Shown: positions 9,984-19,511, counted from the first letter of the stretch. The stretch: 64,000 nucleotides of DNA from an uncultured Candidatus Saccharibacteria bacterium (GCA_964513645.1 CAZENF010000002.1:206072-270071); one strand, 5' to 3'. Notes: generated by a model from the sequence alone, not told the origin. Made by a program: numbers and translations.

Positions 9984-11351
9984 ATGAGTCTCCTCAGGAA
10001 CTACTCCCTCAAAGATATCGAATATTGGAACGAACGGATAGAGAAAGAAATAATTCCATTTTTGGGTCTTGAAATCTTTCCTCAGGAATTTGAGATCGTC
10101 AGTCAAAGAGCAATGCTTGAGCGGACAGTTTACTTCGGAATGAAAGATTTTTATCCGAACTGGGCGGCTGGAAAAAGATATGATATAAAAGACACTCTTG
10201 TCGGTCTGGGTCTCGAATATCTGCCTTATGAACTTGTCAGGTGCTCGAATCCGTGTCTGGCTTATCTCATGACGGATAATGACCTCGCTATGCAGATACT
10301 TACCATGGCCCATGTTTACGGCCACAATAATTTTTTCAAAAACAACGGGCATTTTAAGAAATATGCCAAAGCCGATTCGGTGGTGGATTTCCTTAAATCT
10401 TCCGAAGAGAGAATCCGTTCTTATAGTTCGGATATTTCCATCGGTAAGGTCAATGTCAGAAAATGTATCGAAGCCGCTCATGCCCTGATGTACCAAAGTA
10501 GCGAGTTACTCGGAACTAATCCTGGCGAGGTTTTTCAACGCCAAGATCTGCTCTTGTTTTTGAGCGAAAACTCCCCAAGACAACTTCAGGACTGGGAAAA
10601 AGACATCATCAATATTGTTAGACAGATGTTTAATTGTCTGTTCAGACCGGCAATTCTTACCACCGGGGTAAATGAAGGCTGGGCGACCTACTGTCACTAT
10701 AAAATAACCCGGGCCTTAAAACTCCCGGCTGAACTTTATTTTGCCTTTGCCCGACACCACAGCAGTGTTGTGCGTTTGCCGGACCAACCAACCGCTTACA
10801 ACAAGTATCTGGTTAACTTTGTTATTTGGAACGAAATTGAAAATGCTTATTATCCGGACAACGAAGATCCAACAGCCCAAATTAGGCCGATACCTCCAGA
10901 TATGTTCAGGATAATGAGTTCGAGTGATGATGAAAGTTTTTTGTCTGGATATCTGACCAAAGACATAGCTAAAAAATTAAGACTTTTTTTGTGGGAAATT
11001 GCCCAGAATAAGGATATAACGGTGGGCCGTATCATTGAAGGGGCGGATAATGAAAAACAGGAAAACAAATCTTTTAACAAAATCAAAGAAAGATTATTAA
11101 AAGGTGTGGGGTTCAATTCGATGCCGGTTATAAATGTTGCAGAACCGAATTATGAAGGTAACCGGTCATTGTATTTAAGACATGAGTTCGATGAACGCTT
11201 TTTAGAACCGGAACACACCTTGAAGACTCTTCAGTATGTGTATTATTTCTGGGGTAAAATGGTTTTACTTGAGACCAAAACTTACAACAGAAAAGTACCG
11301 TATATCTATCAATTCGATGGCAAAATAGGAAGCCAATTCAGGAAACGCTGA
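9984..11351 (+). CDS. SpoVR/YcgB-family protein
   Basis: LPYELV..SNPCLAYLM, MAHVYGHNNFFKNN, NEGWATYCH, LYLRHEFD...W..V.LET. Confidence 0.9.
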   Translation: MSLLRNYSLKDIEYWNERIEKEIIPFLGLEIFPQEFEIVSQRAMLERTVYFGMKDFYPNWAAGKRYDIKDTLVGLGLEYLPYELVRCSNPCLAYLMTDNDLAMQILTMAHVYGHNNFFKNNGHFKKYAKADSVVDFLKSSEERIRSYSSDISIGKVNVRKCIEAAHALMYQSSELLGTNPGEVFQRQDLLLFLSENSPRQLQDWEKDIINIVRQMFNCLFRPAILTTGVNEGWATYCHYKITRALKLPAELYFAFARHHSSVVRLPDQPTAYNKYLVNFVIWNEIENAYYPDNEDPTAQIRPIPPDMFRIMSSSDDESFLSGYLTKDIAKKLRLFLWEIAQNKDITVGRIIEGADNEKQENKSFNKIKERLLKGVGFNSMPVINVAEPNYEGNRSLYLRHEFDERFLEPEHTLKTLQYVYYFWGKMVLLETKTYNRKVPYIYQFDGKIGSQFRKR

Positions 11352-11371
11352 AATATTTATTCAATAAAACT

Positions 11372-11394
11372 AAGCAGCAAAATGCTGCTTTTTT
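11372..11394 (+). terminator. Intrinsic terminator
   Basis: AAGCAGCA-aaa-TGCTGCTT-TTTT. Confidence 0.7.
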
Positions 11395-11480
11395 GTTTGC
11401 CGGGGCGTATGATTCACTTGATTTTAGCTGATTTTTATCTATACTGCCCTTAACAGTCGCTCTTTTATAACAAGGAGAAT

Positions 11481-13970
11481 ATGGCAGCTGAACTGGTTAA
11501 ACTCGATATTTTACCGGTCATAGATATAAGCCCTTCTTTAATGGTTTTTCCGACCACATCCAGTTGGTTAAGTTTAACAGGCCGTTATGGCGAGGCTCTT
11601 TTTACCGATGCTGTCGCCGGCAGATGTCCTTTTGTTCTTTGTGTCATGACAATTCCAAAACGACCTGCTCCGGAGAGGTTTTACAAACTGGGCGTTGTTG
11701 CCGAACTGGAAGTTAATAGGGAAAAAGAATTCGTTGCCTTCACCGGGCGATACAGGGCCGAAGTTACGGATTGGTACGAAGGTCCAGGGGACAGTAACTA
11801 TTGGCGGGCGAGGGTTACACCGTTCGAAGATGTTGAAGAAGATTATTTTAACAAAAAAAGAGACGGCACTATTGTTACGGAATATATTTTCGAGCTTAGT
11901 GCTCTGATCTTCAGGATCAAAAGGCTTCTCAAAAGACTGGTTGAAGGCGTGGATACGGATTTTTACGGAGATATGCCTGAAATTAAATTTATCCTGGACG
12001 ATTTTGACAACTTCGATTTTAACCGAAGAGAAGGTATAGATAGTTTCGTTTGGAATTTATTGGCCGGGATTCCTGAAGCCAGTTCGAACAAGAAACAATC
12101 GATATTAAGGACAAACCTCCTGACCAAAAGACTCGGAATGATCACCGAATTGCTGGCAGAAAATATAGCCATCTTTGTTAACGAACACGGCAATATAGAA
12201 AAAATAGCCAAGAAAAATATAAAGAATTCCAGGGCCCATGAAGCAATGGAAAAAGTCCCGGTTAACCGGAAAAAAAATACCGAAGATGATTTTGTGGCGG
12301 ATGCCCATCCGGAAGTGGTTAAAAAATGGAAAAAGTTCCAGGAACTCAAACCATTCATGAACGAAGATGCCTGCCGGGTCGCAATGGAGGATTTTAGCCG
12401 CCTCAAGTCCTATAAAAGTCCCGATAGAAATACTTCGGAATGGATCAAATACGAAGCCCGTCTTGATTTCAACCTTTCTTTGCCTTGGAGCAGCGAGACC
12501 AAACAGGAAGAGAATATCAACCGGGTTATGGCGGTTCTTGATGAGGATCACCACGATCTTAAGCATGTCAAAGATACGATCTGTGACAATGTTGCCCCGA
12601 TAATTCTCAATCCGGATTGTAAGGGCAGTATCCTTTGTTTCATCGGTCCGCCTGGAGTGGGAAAAACTTCTTTGGGTAGATCCATCGCGCGTGCCTTGAA
12701 CCGAAAATTTATCCGGGTTTCTTTGGGCGGAATACACGATGAAGCATCGGTCCGCGGTCATAGACTGACCTATATCGGCTCCGAACCGGGGAAGATATTA
12801 AGAGAGATTCAGCGTTGCGGGGTCAAGAATCCTGTTTTTATGATCGATGAGATCGATAAACTGGGCGGGACTTCGGTCAATGGTGACCCTAAAGCGGCGA
12901 TGCTTGAGGTTCTTGATCCGGAACAGAATTGGAGCTTCAAAGACCACTATCTTGATGCCGGGTTCAATTTATCTCATGTCCTTTTCATTGCTACAGCCAA
13001 TGTCGAGCAGAATATCCCCGGACCCTTAAGAGACCGCATGCACATAATTCGTTTGCCTGGTTATCTGATGCCGGACAAGGTTGAAATAGCGAAGAGATTT
13101 TTGATATCCCGATGGATGCCCGAAGTCGGACTATCAAAGAAAGACGGCGATAAGGTAAAAGAACTCTTGTCCTTAAGTTGGGATGATGGAGTTTTGGAAA
13201 AAATAATCGAAGAATACACTTCCGAGGCCGGAGTGAGGAATTTGGACCGGTGTTTAGAGGTTATTCTCAAGAAAATAACCAAGGAATACCTTAAATATAG
13301 GTCAAGCGGCCAAGAATTAAAAGAGTTCAGGGTTACCGATAAAGTTGCCTCTGAATTTCTTGGCAGGAAAAAAATATTAAAAACCGTTGCCCGTCCAACT
13401 GTTCAAGGCGAAGCTATCGGCTTGGCTTGGACCTACACCGGCGGCGATATTTTGTACATTGAGAGTAAGGTCCTTAATGAATTCAATGAGGGTAAATTCG
13501 TCTTCTCTCATACCGGACTCCAAGGTAAGGTTATGGAAGAATCGACCAAGGTTGCCCTATCTCTTATTCGTGAAAGATTGGCGGATAAAGACCACGGCGA
13601 CAGGTTAAATAAAAAATCGATCCATATCCATGTTCCAGAAGGGGCGATTCCGAAGGACGGCCCTTCAGCTGGAGTAGCTTTCTACTGCTCTCTTTTTTCA
13701 GCTGTCGATAAAAGACTGGTCAAACCCTACCTGGGTATGACCGGTGAGATACGTCTTACCGGGATGATTCTTCCGGTCGGAGGTATCCGCGAAAAAATCG
13801 TCGCTGCTTATTCGGCCGGTATCAAAGAAGTTATTCTTCCCAAGCAAAATGAGCGTGATCTGCCCGATGTTCCTAAAGACATTCGGGATAAGCTTAATTT
13901 CCATCTGGTCGAGACGATTGACGAGGTTCAGGAGATCGCTATTCTTCCTGAGACCACGAATCAGACATAA
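11481..13970 (+). CDS. lon: ATP-dependent Lon protease (LonA) with a divergent N-domain
   Basis: GPPGVGKTS, IDEIDK, LEVLDPEQN, catalytic PKDGPSAG and GGIREK; AAGGAG SD. Confidence 0.95.
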   Translation: MAAELVKLDILPVIDISPSLMVFPTTSSWLSLTGRYGEALFTDAVAGRCPFVLCVMTIPKRPAPERFYKLGVVAELEVNREKEFVAFTGRYRAEVTDWYEGPGDSNYWRARVTPFEDVEEDYFNKKRDGTIVTEYIFELSALIFRIKRLLKRLVEGVDTDFYGDMPEIKFILDDFDNFDFNRREGIDSFVWNLLAGIPEASSNKKQSILRTNLLTKRLGMITELLAENIAIFVNEHGNIEKIAKKNIKNSRAHEAMEKVPVNRKKNTEDDFVADAHPEVVKKWKKFQELKPFMNEDACRVAMEDFSRLKSYKSPDRNTSEWIKYEARLDFNLSLPWSSETKQEENINRVMAVLDEDHHDLKHVKDTICDNVAPIILNPDCKGSILCFIGPPGVGKTSLGRSIARALNRKFIRVSLGGIHDEASVRGHRLTYIGSEPGKILREIQRCGVKNPVFMIDEIDKLGGTSVNGDPKAAMLEVLDPEQNWSFKDHYLDAGFNLSHVLFIATANVEQNIPGPLRDRMHIIRLPGYLMPDKVEIAKRFLISRWMPEVGLSKKDGDKVKELLSLSWDDGVLEKIIEEYTSEAGVRNLDRCLEVILKKITKEYLKYRSSGQELKEFRVTDKVASEFLGRKKILKTVARPTVQGEAIGLAWTYTGGDILYIESKVLNEFNEGKFVFSHTGLQGKVMEESTKVALSLIRERLADKDHGDRLNKKSIHIHVPEGAIPKDGPSAGVAFYCSLFSAVDKRLVKPYLGMTGEIRLTGMILPVGGIREKIVAAYSAGIKEVILPKQNERDLPDVPKDIRDKLNFHLVETIDEVQEIAILPETTNQT

Positions 13971-13972
13971 CC

Positions 13973-13995
13973 AAAAGCCCTTTATAGGGCTTTTT
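13973..13995 (+). terminator. Intrinsic terminator
   Basis: AAAAGCCC-tttata-GGGCTTTT-T. Confidence 0.7.
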
Positions 13996-14037
13996 ATTTC
14001 GGTTGAATTTATCAGCCATACGATATAGGATGTAACG

Positions 14038-15603
14038 GTGTTTAATCCTTATACCTATCTCCATATCGGCCAGTCTTCTGATATTCCAGAATCCGGACAG
14101 AGATGGCTTTACCGGGTCTTTGAAATAGTGCCCGGTTTTTTAGCCTGGGCAACCCTAATTCTGATATTCGTCTTATCATTTAAATTGCCGGTTTGGGTCG
14201 CTTTTTTTATCATAATCTTCGATGTCTATTGGTTCATTAAAACCGTATACCTGTCTTTCCATCTCAAGGTCTCATATAATCGTCTCCGGGCAAATTTGAA
14301 GATCAACTGGCTGGAAAGACTTAATGGTCTGGAACCGGATTCTTATAAAATTAAAACTGTCAGGTCTTGGTATGATGTTTATCATCTCGTATTCCTGCCT
14401 CTTTACAAAGAAGATTTAAATCTTGTTTCGGCGACTTTTGAGGGTCTCATGCGTTCCAATTACCCTAAGGAAAAATTATTTATCGTCCTTTGCTATGAGG
14501 AAAGGGGAGGCGAATCTGCAAAGAATGTTGTAAATGAGATACAAAAAAATTATGCTCACAAATTTTATCGCTTTATGACTATAATGCATCCAGCGGGACT
14601 TTCTAACGAAATTCCGGGCAAAGGTTCGAACACCGCTTATGCTGCCAAAATAGTTAAAGAAGAAATAGACAGGGCACAGCTTAACTATGACCAAATCCTT
14701 GTTTCTAATTTTGATATTGATACGGTCGTATTTCCTGAATACTTCGGTATCTTAACCCACACCTATCTGACCAGCGAGAATCCACTTCATGCATCATACC
14801 AGCCAATTCCTCTCTATATAAACAATATCTGGGAGGCGCCGTCTTTTGCCAGAGTCGTCGCATTCTCGGCAACTTTTTGGCACACCATAAAACAGGAAAA
14901 ATGGGAGACGGCCACGACCTTCTCGTCCCACTCGATGCCGTTTAGGGCTTTGGTCGATGTCGGCTATTGGCAGAAGAACATGGTCTCCGAAGATTCACGC
15001 ATCTTCTGGCAGTGTTTTTTGCGTTATGACGGTGACTATCGAGTTGTCCCGCTTTATTACCCCGTTTCGATGGATGCCAACGTTGCCGATACGACCTGGC
15101 AAACTTTCAAGAATGTTTATAAGCAGCAACGGCGCTGGGCATATGGCGCGGAAAATATTCCGTATTTCCTGTTCGGTTTTTTTAAGAACAGGTCATTATC
15201 TTTTTTTAAGAAATGGCGCTACGGATTTATGGTTGTCGAAGGCAATCATTCGTGGGCGACGAATGCTCTTATTATTTTTCTTCTCGGCTGGCTGCCAGTG
15301 GTTGTCGGAGGAGGGGAATTCAACCGCTCGATCCTATCCTTTAATTTGCCTCACATTACCCGCTGGATAATGACTTTCTCAATGGTCGGTCTTGTCTCTA
15401 CTGCTACGTTATCAATAATCCTTCTTCCGCCTCGTCCGCCTAAATTTGGGAAATTTAAATATCTTTGGATGGTTCTGCAATGGCTTCTTTTCCCTGTGAC
15501 GACCATTTGTCTCGGGCTTCTGCCGGCACTTGATGCCCAGACTCGTCTGATGTTAGGTAAGTATATGGGATTTTGGGTTACTCCAAAGACGCGTCGTATT
15601 TGA
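14038..15603 (+). CDS. Membrane-bound processive GT2 glycosyltransferase
   Basis: N- and C-terminal TM helices, GKGSN, FDIDT (DxD), SED, QQRRW (QxxRW). Confidence 0.85.
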   Translation: MFNPYTYLHIGQSSDIPESGQRWLYRVFEIVPGFLAWATLILIFVLSFKLPVWVAFFIIIFDVYWFIKTVYLSFHLKVSYNRLRANLKINWLERLNGLEPDSYKIKTVRSWYDVYHLVFLPLYKEDLNLVSATFEGLMRSNYPKEKLFIVLCYEERGGESAKNVVNEIQKNYAHKFYRFMTIMHPAGLSNEIPGKGSNTAYAAKIVKEEIDRAQLNYDQILVSNFDIDTVVFPEYFGILTHTYLTSENPLHASYQPIPLYINNIWEAPSFARVVAFSATFWHTIKQEKWETATTFSSHSMPFRALVDVGYWQKNMVSEDSRIFWQCFLRYDGDYRVVPLYYPVSMDANVADTTWQTFKNVYKQQRRWAYGAENIPYFLFGFFKNRSLSFFKKWRYGFMVVEGNHSWATNALIIFLLGWLPVVVGGGEFNRSILSFNLPHITRWIMTFSMVGLVSTATLSIILLPPRPPKFGKFKYLWMVLQWLLFPVTTICLGLLPALDAQTRLMLGKYMGFWVTPKTRRI

Positions 15604-15655
15604 TTTTGTTTTCATTTTCAAATAACATACCTTCATAACCTCATGGGAGAAGGAT

Positions 15656-15925
15656 ATGACCGACCCTAAAGACTGCCCTCACAACAACGTTGACCTTAGC
15701 TGGTCTCACGGCGAATGTCCTCGATGTATTGATTGCGGGATGGTAGGGGAGTTTGCCCCGTTTCCTGATATTGTTTGGGGAAATGATCCATTAACGATGG
15801 CCGCGGAACTTATGGTATCTTCTGAAGAAGAGGCTGCCGACCACATGATCAGTTATCTGGCTTTGGCCAAATGGTCAGGATTTTCTGTTTATGACGAGCG
15901 TTTGAAAGAGCTGACGAAAAATTAA
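15656..15925 (+). CDS. Small Cys/His-rich hypothetical protein
   Basis: GGAGAAGGA SD; CPH...HGECPRCIDCG; followed by a hairpin terminator. Confidence 0.6.
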   Translation: MTDPKDCPHNNVDLSWSHGECPRCIDCGMVGEFAPFPDIVWGNDPLTMAAELMVSSEEEAADHMISYLALAKWSGFSVYDERLKELTKN

Positions 15926-15947
15926 TCCGCTAGAAGGCGGATTTTTT
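15924..15947. terminator. Terminator between convergent genes
   Basis: AATCCGC-tagaag-GCGGATT-TTTT. Confidence 0.6.
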
Positions 15948-18084
15948 ATTCAAAATGTGTGAGCTTTTGGAACGATTCGAGGCGTTCTTGGAGGAGGGGA
16001 TAATTTTTAAGAGAGGGATCTTCTTTGAGAAGAGTGCGGGCTTCGAGACGGGCTTTTTTTATCAGGTCGATGTTGGCAAGGGAAGCCATGGCGAGGTCAG
16101 GCAGACCTGATTGCTTGACTCCGAAAAATTCCCCCGGTCCACGGAGCTTCATATCCTCTTCGGCCAGTTTAAATCCGTCATCTGTTTGGGCGAGTGCGTT
16201 TAAACGCCTATTTGTGGTCTTATCCTCTGTTGAACAAAAAAGAAGGCAGTATGATTGAAATTCATCCCGTCCGACCCGGCCGCGGAATTGGTGAAGCTGG
16301 GCAAGTCCGAAACGTTCGGCGCTTTCAATTGCCATGATCGTTGCATTGGGTACGTCGACGCCAACTTCAATGACCGAAGTTGAAACAAGGATATTATACC
16401 AGCCGTCCTTGAACTTATTCATTATGTCGGCTTTTTCTTTGGGCTTCATTTTACCGTGAAGCATTGCGACCTTGAGGTCAGGGAAGACTGCTTCTGATAA
16501 TTTCTTATATTCTTCTTCGACCGCTTTTACTTCCTGCCAGAGGATATTCATCTTGCTTTGTCCATAGCCGGCTTTAATTTCTTTTTTTGGATCAGACACT
16601 TCAATACGAGGACAAACAACGAAAACCTGACGCCCCTTTTTAACTTCTTCGCGTATGAATTGATAAGATAATTTTTTCTGAGATGGCGGGACAACCCTGG
16701 TGATTATTTTCTGGCGATTCTTCGGTTTTTCTTTTATGAGTGAAATATCAAGGTCGCCATAAATGGTTAAAGCCAAGGTTCTTGGGATGGGCGTTGCCGT
16801 CATACTTAGGAAGTGAGGGACAAGTTCCATGTTTTTGACTAAAGCGGAACGCTGATGGATGCCGAAACGGTGCTGTTCATCGATAACAACCATCGCCAAT
16901 TTGGCAAATGAAACATCTTTTTGGATGACGGCATGGGTACCGATAATTATACCAACTTCACCTGACGCTATTTTCTGTTTTAATTCTTTTTTGAGAATAT
17001 CTTTTCCGTCAAGCTTGGATTCGGAACCGGTTAAGAGACAGGTGTGTACGGCGCTATCTTTAATCAGCGAACCCACGGTTTCATAGTGCTGGGCGGCCAG
17101 AACTTCGGTCGGCACCATAAAAACCGTCTGACAGCCGTTTTTGGCAATCTGATAAGCGGCGGTCAGGGCAACAACAGTTTTTCCTGACCCGACATCTCCT
17201 TCCATCAGCCGGTTCATCGGATAATTTTTCTTGAGATCTTTTAATATTTCCCATAGCGAGACCTTTTGGTCGGTGGTCAGTTCAAACGGCAGTTGGGCTA
17301 TAAAATTCTGAATAAGCGGCTGGTCGAATTCTACGGAGATAGATTTTAATTGGTTCAATTTCCGTCTTTCGAGGAGAGCTTTAATCTGGAAAAGTAATAA
17401 ATCTTCAAACGCAAAACGTTCTCTTGCGGTTTCTGCTTCTACAAGCTCGTTCGGATAATGGATATCTGAAATTGCTTGGGAAAGTTCCGGGAAATTATAT
17501 TTAGAAAGAAGTGAGGAGGGGAGAGGGTCGTCGAGGGTTATGTTTTTAAGAACGGGCTTAATCAGGAAACGTAGATACTTGGAGGTTACGCCTTCGGTTT
17601 CCGGATAAACTGGTACAAGGCCATGGGTGTGTTTCAGGTTTACTGAAGAAGCTGCGGGCTGAAGGTCAGGAGAGGTCGATATCTTTTCATAGGTAGGGCT
17701 TGAAAGATAAACTCCGTTTTTGTTCAAAGAAACTTTTCCGGCCAGACTGACAAAGGTGCCCTCGGTCAGTTGATTCTCGATATACGGTTGGTTGAACCAG
17801 ACGACTTTAATTGCGCCGGATGAATCACCGACGATGGCGTTTGTAACAGATAAGCGTCTTGGGAAGATACGGCGGCTTGAGATTTTCAGGACCTCACCTT
17901 GAACATTAACTTTTTGTCCGGGTTCGGCTTGGGCAATTGGCATTAGTTCGGTGTAGTCTTCATAACGAACGGGAAAATGCCAAAGGAGGTTTTTTAGAGT
18001 TTTAATGCCAAGCCGGTTTAGCCGAGAAATATTCCTTGGCCCGACATTGCGCAATTTTTCTATCGGCAAATCGAGGGGTGTCAT
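15946..18084 (-). CDS. recG: ATP-dependent DNA helicase RecG
   Basis: Wedge domain (VWFNQPY), GDVGSGKT, DEQHRFG, MTATPIPRT, QLHQFRGRVGR, RGPGEFFG. Confidence 0.97.
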   Translation of the reverse strand: MTPLDLPIEKLRNVGPRNISRLNRLGIKTLKNLLWHFPVRYEDYTELMPIAQAEPGQKVNVQGEVLKISSRRIFPRRLSVTNAIVGDSSGAIKVVWFNQPYIENQLTEGTFVSLAGKVSLNKNGVYLSSPTYEKISTSPDLQPAASSVNLKHTHGLVPVYPETEGVTSKYLRFLIKPVLKNITLDDPLPSSLLSKYNFPELSQAISDIHYPNELVEAETARERFAFEDLLLFQIKALLERRKLNQLKSISVEFDQPLIQNFIAQLPFELTTDQKVSLWEILKDLKKNYPMNRLMEGDVGSGKTVVALTAAYQIAKNGCQTVFMVPTEVLAAQHYETVGSLIKDSAVHTCLLTGSESKLDGKDILKKELKQKIASGEVGIIIGTHAVIQKDVSFAKLAMVVIDEQHRFGIHQRSALVKNMELVPHFLSMTATPIPRTLALTIYGDLDISLIKEKPKNRQKIITRVVPPSQKKLSYQFIREEVKKGRQVFVVCPRIEVSDPKKEIKAGYGQSKMNILWQEVKAVEEEYKKLSEAVFPDLKVAMLHGKMKPKEKADIMNKFKDGWYNILVSTSVIEVGVDVPNATIMAIESAERFGLAQLHQFRGRVGRDEFQSYCLLFCSTEDKTTNRRLNALAQTDDGFKLAEEDMKLRGPGEFFGVKQSGLPDLAMASLANIDLIKKARLEARTLLKEDPSLKNYPLLQERLESFQKLTHFE

Positions 18085-18131
18085 TGGTTAGCCGTTATTT
18101 TAACATTTTTTTAAATAAATCAACACAAGAG

Positions 18132-18170
18132 ATAAACACAACCCACGCTATTAGCGTGGGTTGTGTTTAT
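18132..18170 (-). terminator. Perfect 19-bp inverted repeat, probable terminator downstream of tRNA-Arg
   Basis: ATAAACACAACCCACGCTA-t-TAGCGTGGGTTGTGTTTAT. Confidence 0.7.
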
Positions 18171-18174
18171 AATG

Positions 18175-18246
18175 TCCCCTCGTGAGGAATCGAACCTCAA
18201 TTACAAGATCCGCAATCTTGTGTCCTATCCGTTGAACGACGAGGGG
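18175..18246 (-). tRNA. tRNA-Arg (anticodon GCG)
   Basis: Cloverleaf CCCCTCG/CGAGGGG, D stem GTTC/GGAC, anticodon arm CAAGA-TTGCGGA-TCTTG, T arm TGAGG-TTCGATT-CCTCA; CCA not encoded. Confidence 0.93.
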
Positions 18247-18250
18247 AAAA

Positions 18251-18859
18251 TTATAATCCCATTCTCTTTGCAATTATATCTATCAGAGAATGTTCATGCT
18301 CTTTTTCAGGCAAAAAATTTATTAACAACGACCGTATCAGAAGAGGATTCTTGTTCTCGATCGATACCGTGACATAGGGCATATACCATTTTTTTGCTTC
18401 CAGACTTAACTCCTTTAATTCCCCGGGGTTGTAATGTATCCAGAATGAGCGGAGGTCCTTGTAATAATACATTGCGTTGCCGATTGCCACACCCCCCTGG
18501 TCGATATGTATCCTTGAGATTTCAGGCCGGCGGGTGGAATAAAGTATCAGGACCAGAGAGGCCAGGACCATAAAGATTGCGGTCAGTTTGTCCTTGCCGA
18601 AATACAGCATTCCGCCACCGCCGATTATCAATGCGACGATGAGGAGGGAAAGGTATCTTTTTTGAGGATTGAAATAAAACGACGGTGCCTCCCAACCTAT
18701 TGCCGGTGAGGCAAGTGAGGTTTTAGCTTCCAGGGGTTTGATAAATTTTTTTATAATGGGAGCAGCTGGTCTTTTTATGACAAGGTTCGGCGGCGGATTT
18801 TTGAACCGCTTTTCTTTTTCTCTTTGATGCTTTTCTCTTAAGTTAAGTATTTGAGGCAT
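18251..18859 (-). CDS. Conserved hypothetical two-TM membrane protein
   Basis: Basic N-terminus, WEAP motif, two TM helices, beta-rich C-terminal domain. Confidence 0.75.
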   Translation of the reverse strand: MPQILNLREKHQREKEKRFKNPPPNLVIKRPAAPIIKKFIKPLEAKTSLASPAIGWEAPSFYFNPQKRYLSLLIVALIIGGGGMLYFGKDKLTAIFMVLASLVLILYSTRRPEISRIHIDQGGVAIGNAMYYYKDLRSFWIHYNPGELKELSLEAKKWYMPYVTVSIENKNPLLIRSLLINFLPEKEHEHSLIDIIAKRMGL

Positions 18860-18882
18860 GGTCCTCTTTAGGAATTATTTTG

Positions 18883-18972
18883 TGGCGGTGAGGGTGAGAT
18901 TCGAACTCACGGTACGGTTTCCCGTACAACGGTTTTCACAACCGTCGCCTTAAACCACTCGGCCCCCTCACC
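18883..18972 (-). tRNA. tRNA-Ser (anticodon TGA), atypical at positions 8 and 33
   Basis: GGTGAGG/CCTCACC acceptor, G73-CCA, long variable arm GTACGG-GAAA-CCGTAC, anticodon arm ACGGT-TGTGAAA-ACCGT. Confidence 0.85.
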
Positions 18973-18975
18973 AAA

Positions 18976-19404
18976 TTAATTATCATCTTGACCGGAGGTG
19001 CGCTTGAAAGCGTTAAAACCCTTTGATATTTCGCTTAGAAGAAAAGCTCCAAGAACTTCATAGGACATGAATCTTGTCGTTGACGAAACCTCGCGGTGGG
19101 TAAAAAATCCGATCAGAAGCATCGCCAGGAGGGAAATCCACCAAATATACACGAAAAGTTCTCCGGGCATTATTCTTAACTTAACCCCAGTCCAGCGCGA
19201 TGTTTCTTTGTGGACGATGTAAACACCTAAAAGAATAAGGTAGCTTGTAGCTACAGCCTCGGAAAGTTCGAATTTAGGATTGATAAAATTGAACCAACAT
19301 AATCCCAAAAGGACGAATGTCCAGATAATAAGAAAGTAAAAAAGCAGGTCTTTTACGGAGGATAATTCAGTTCTGTAGCGCTTGGCTACTGCTTGATTAT
19401 CCAT
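18976..19404 (-). CDS. Four-TM hypothetical membrane protein
   Basis: 142 aa with four hydrophobic segments. Confidence 0.7.
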   Translation of the reverse strand: MDNQAVAKRYRTELSSVKDLLFYFLIIWTFVLLGLCWFNFINPKFELSEAVATSYLILLGVYIVHKETSRWTGVKLRIMPGELFVYIWWISLLAMLLIGFFTHREVSSTTRFMSYEVLGAFLLSEISKGFNAFKRTSGQDDN

Positions 19405-19511
19405 ATCTCTATTTTAGCACTATTTTGACTGATTTGCCAGTTTTCGCGACGCTTTAAATAAGGCCTAAAAAGTATTGTTTTTAGGCGCAGAAGCACTATA
19501 ATCAATGAATT

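Noticed and set aside
9483-10496. 337-aa antisense ORF over yeaH/spoVR, and similar antisense ORFs over lon, gatA, pilB and ligA
   Set aside because: They lie wholly opposite well-supported genes and have no recognisable motifs; these are shadow ORFs.
6740-11351. Evidence for endospore formation
   Set aside because: PrkA/YeaH/SpoVR homologues occur in many non-sporulating bacteria, and no other sporulation genes are in the window.
18883-18972. Reading this tRNA as His(GTG) or as a Sec/suppressor tRNA
   Set aside because: The only register giving a 5-bp stem and 7-nt loop centres TGA. The long variable arm and G73 indicate Ser, and the anticodon is not TCA.
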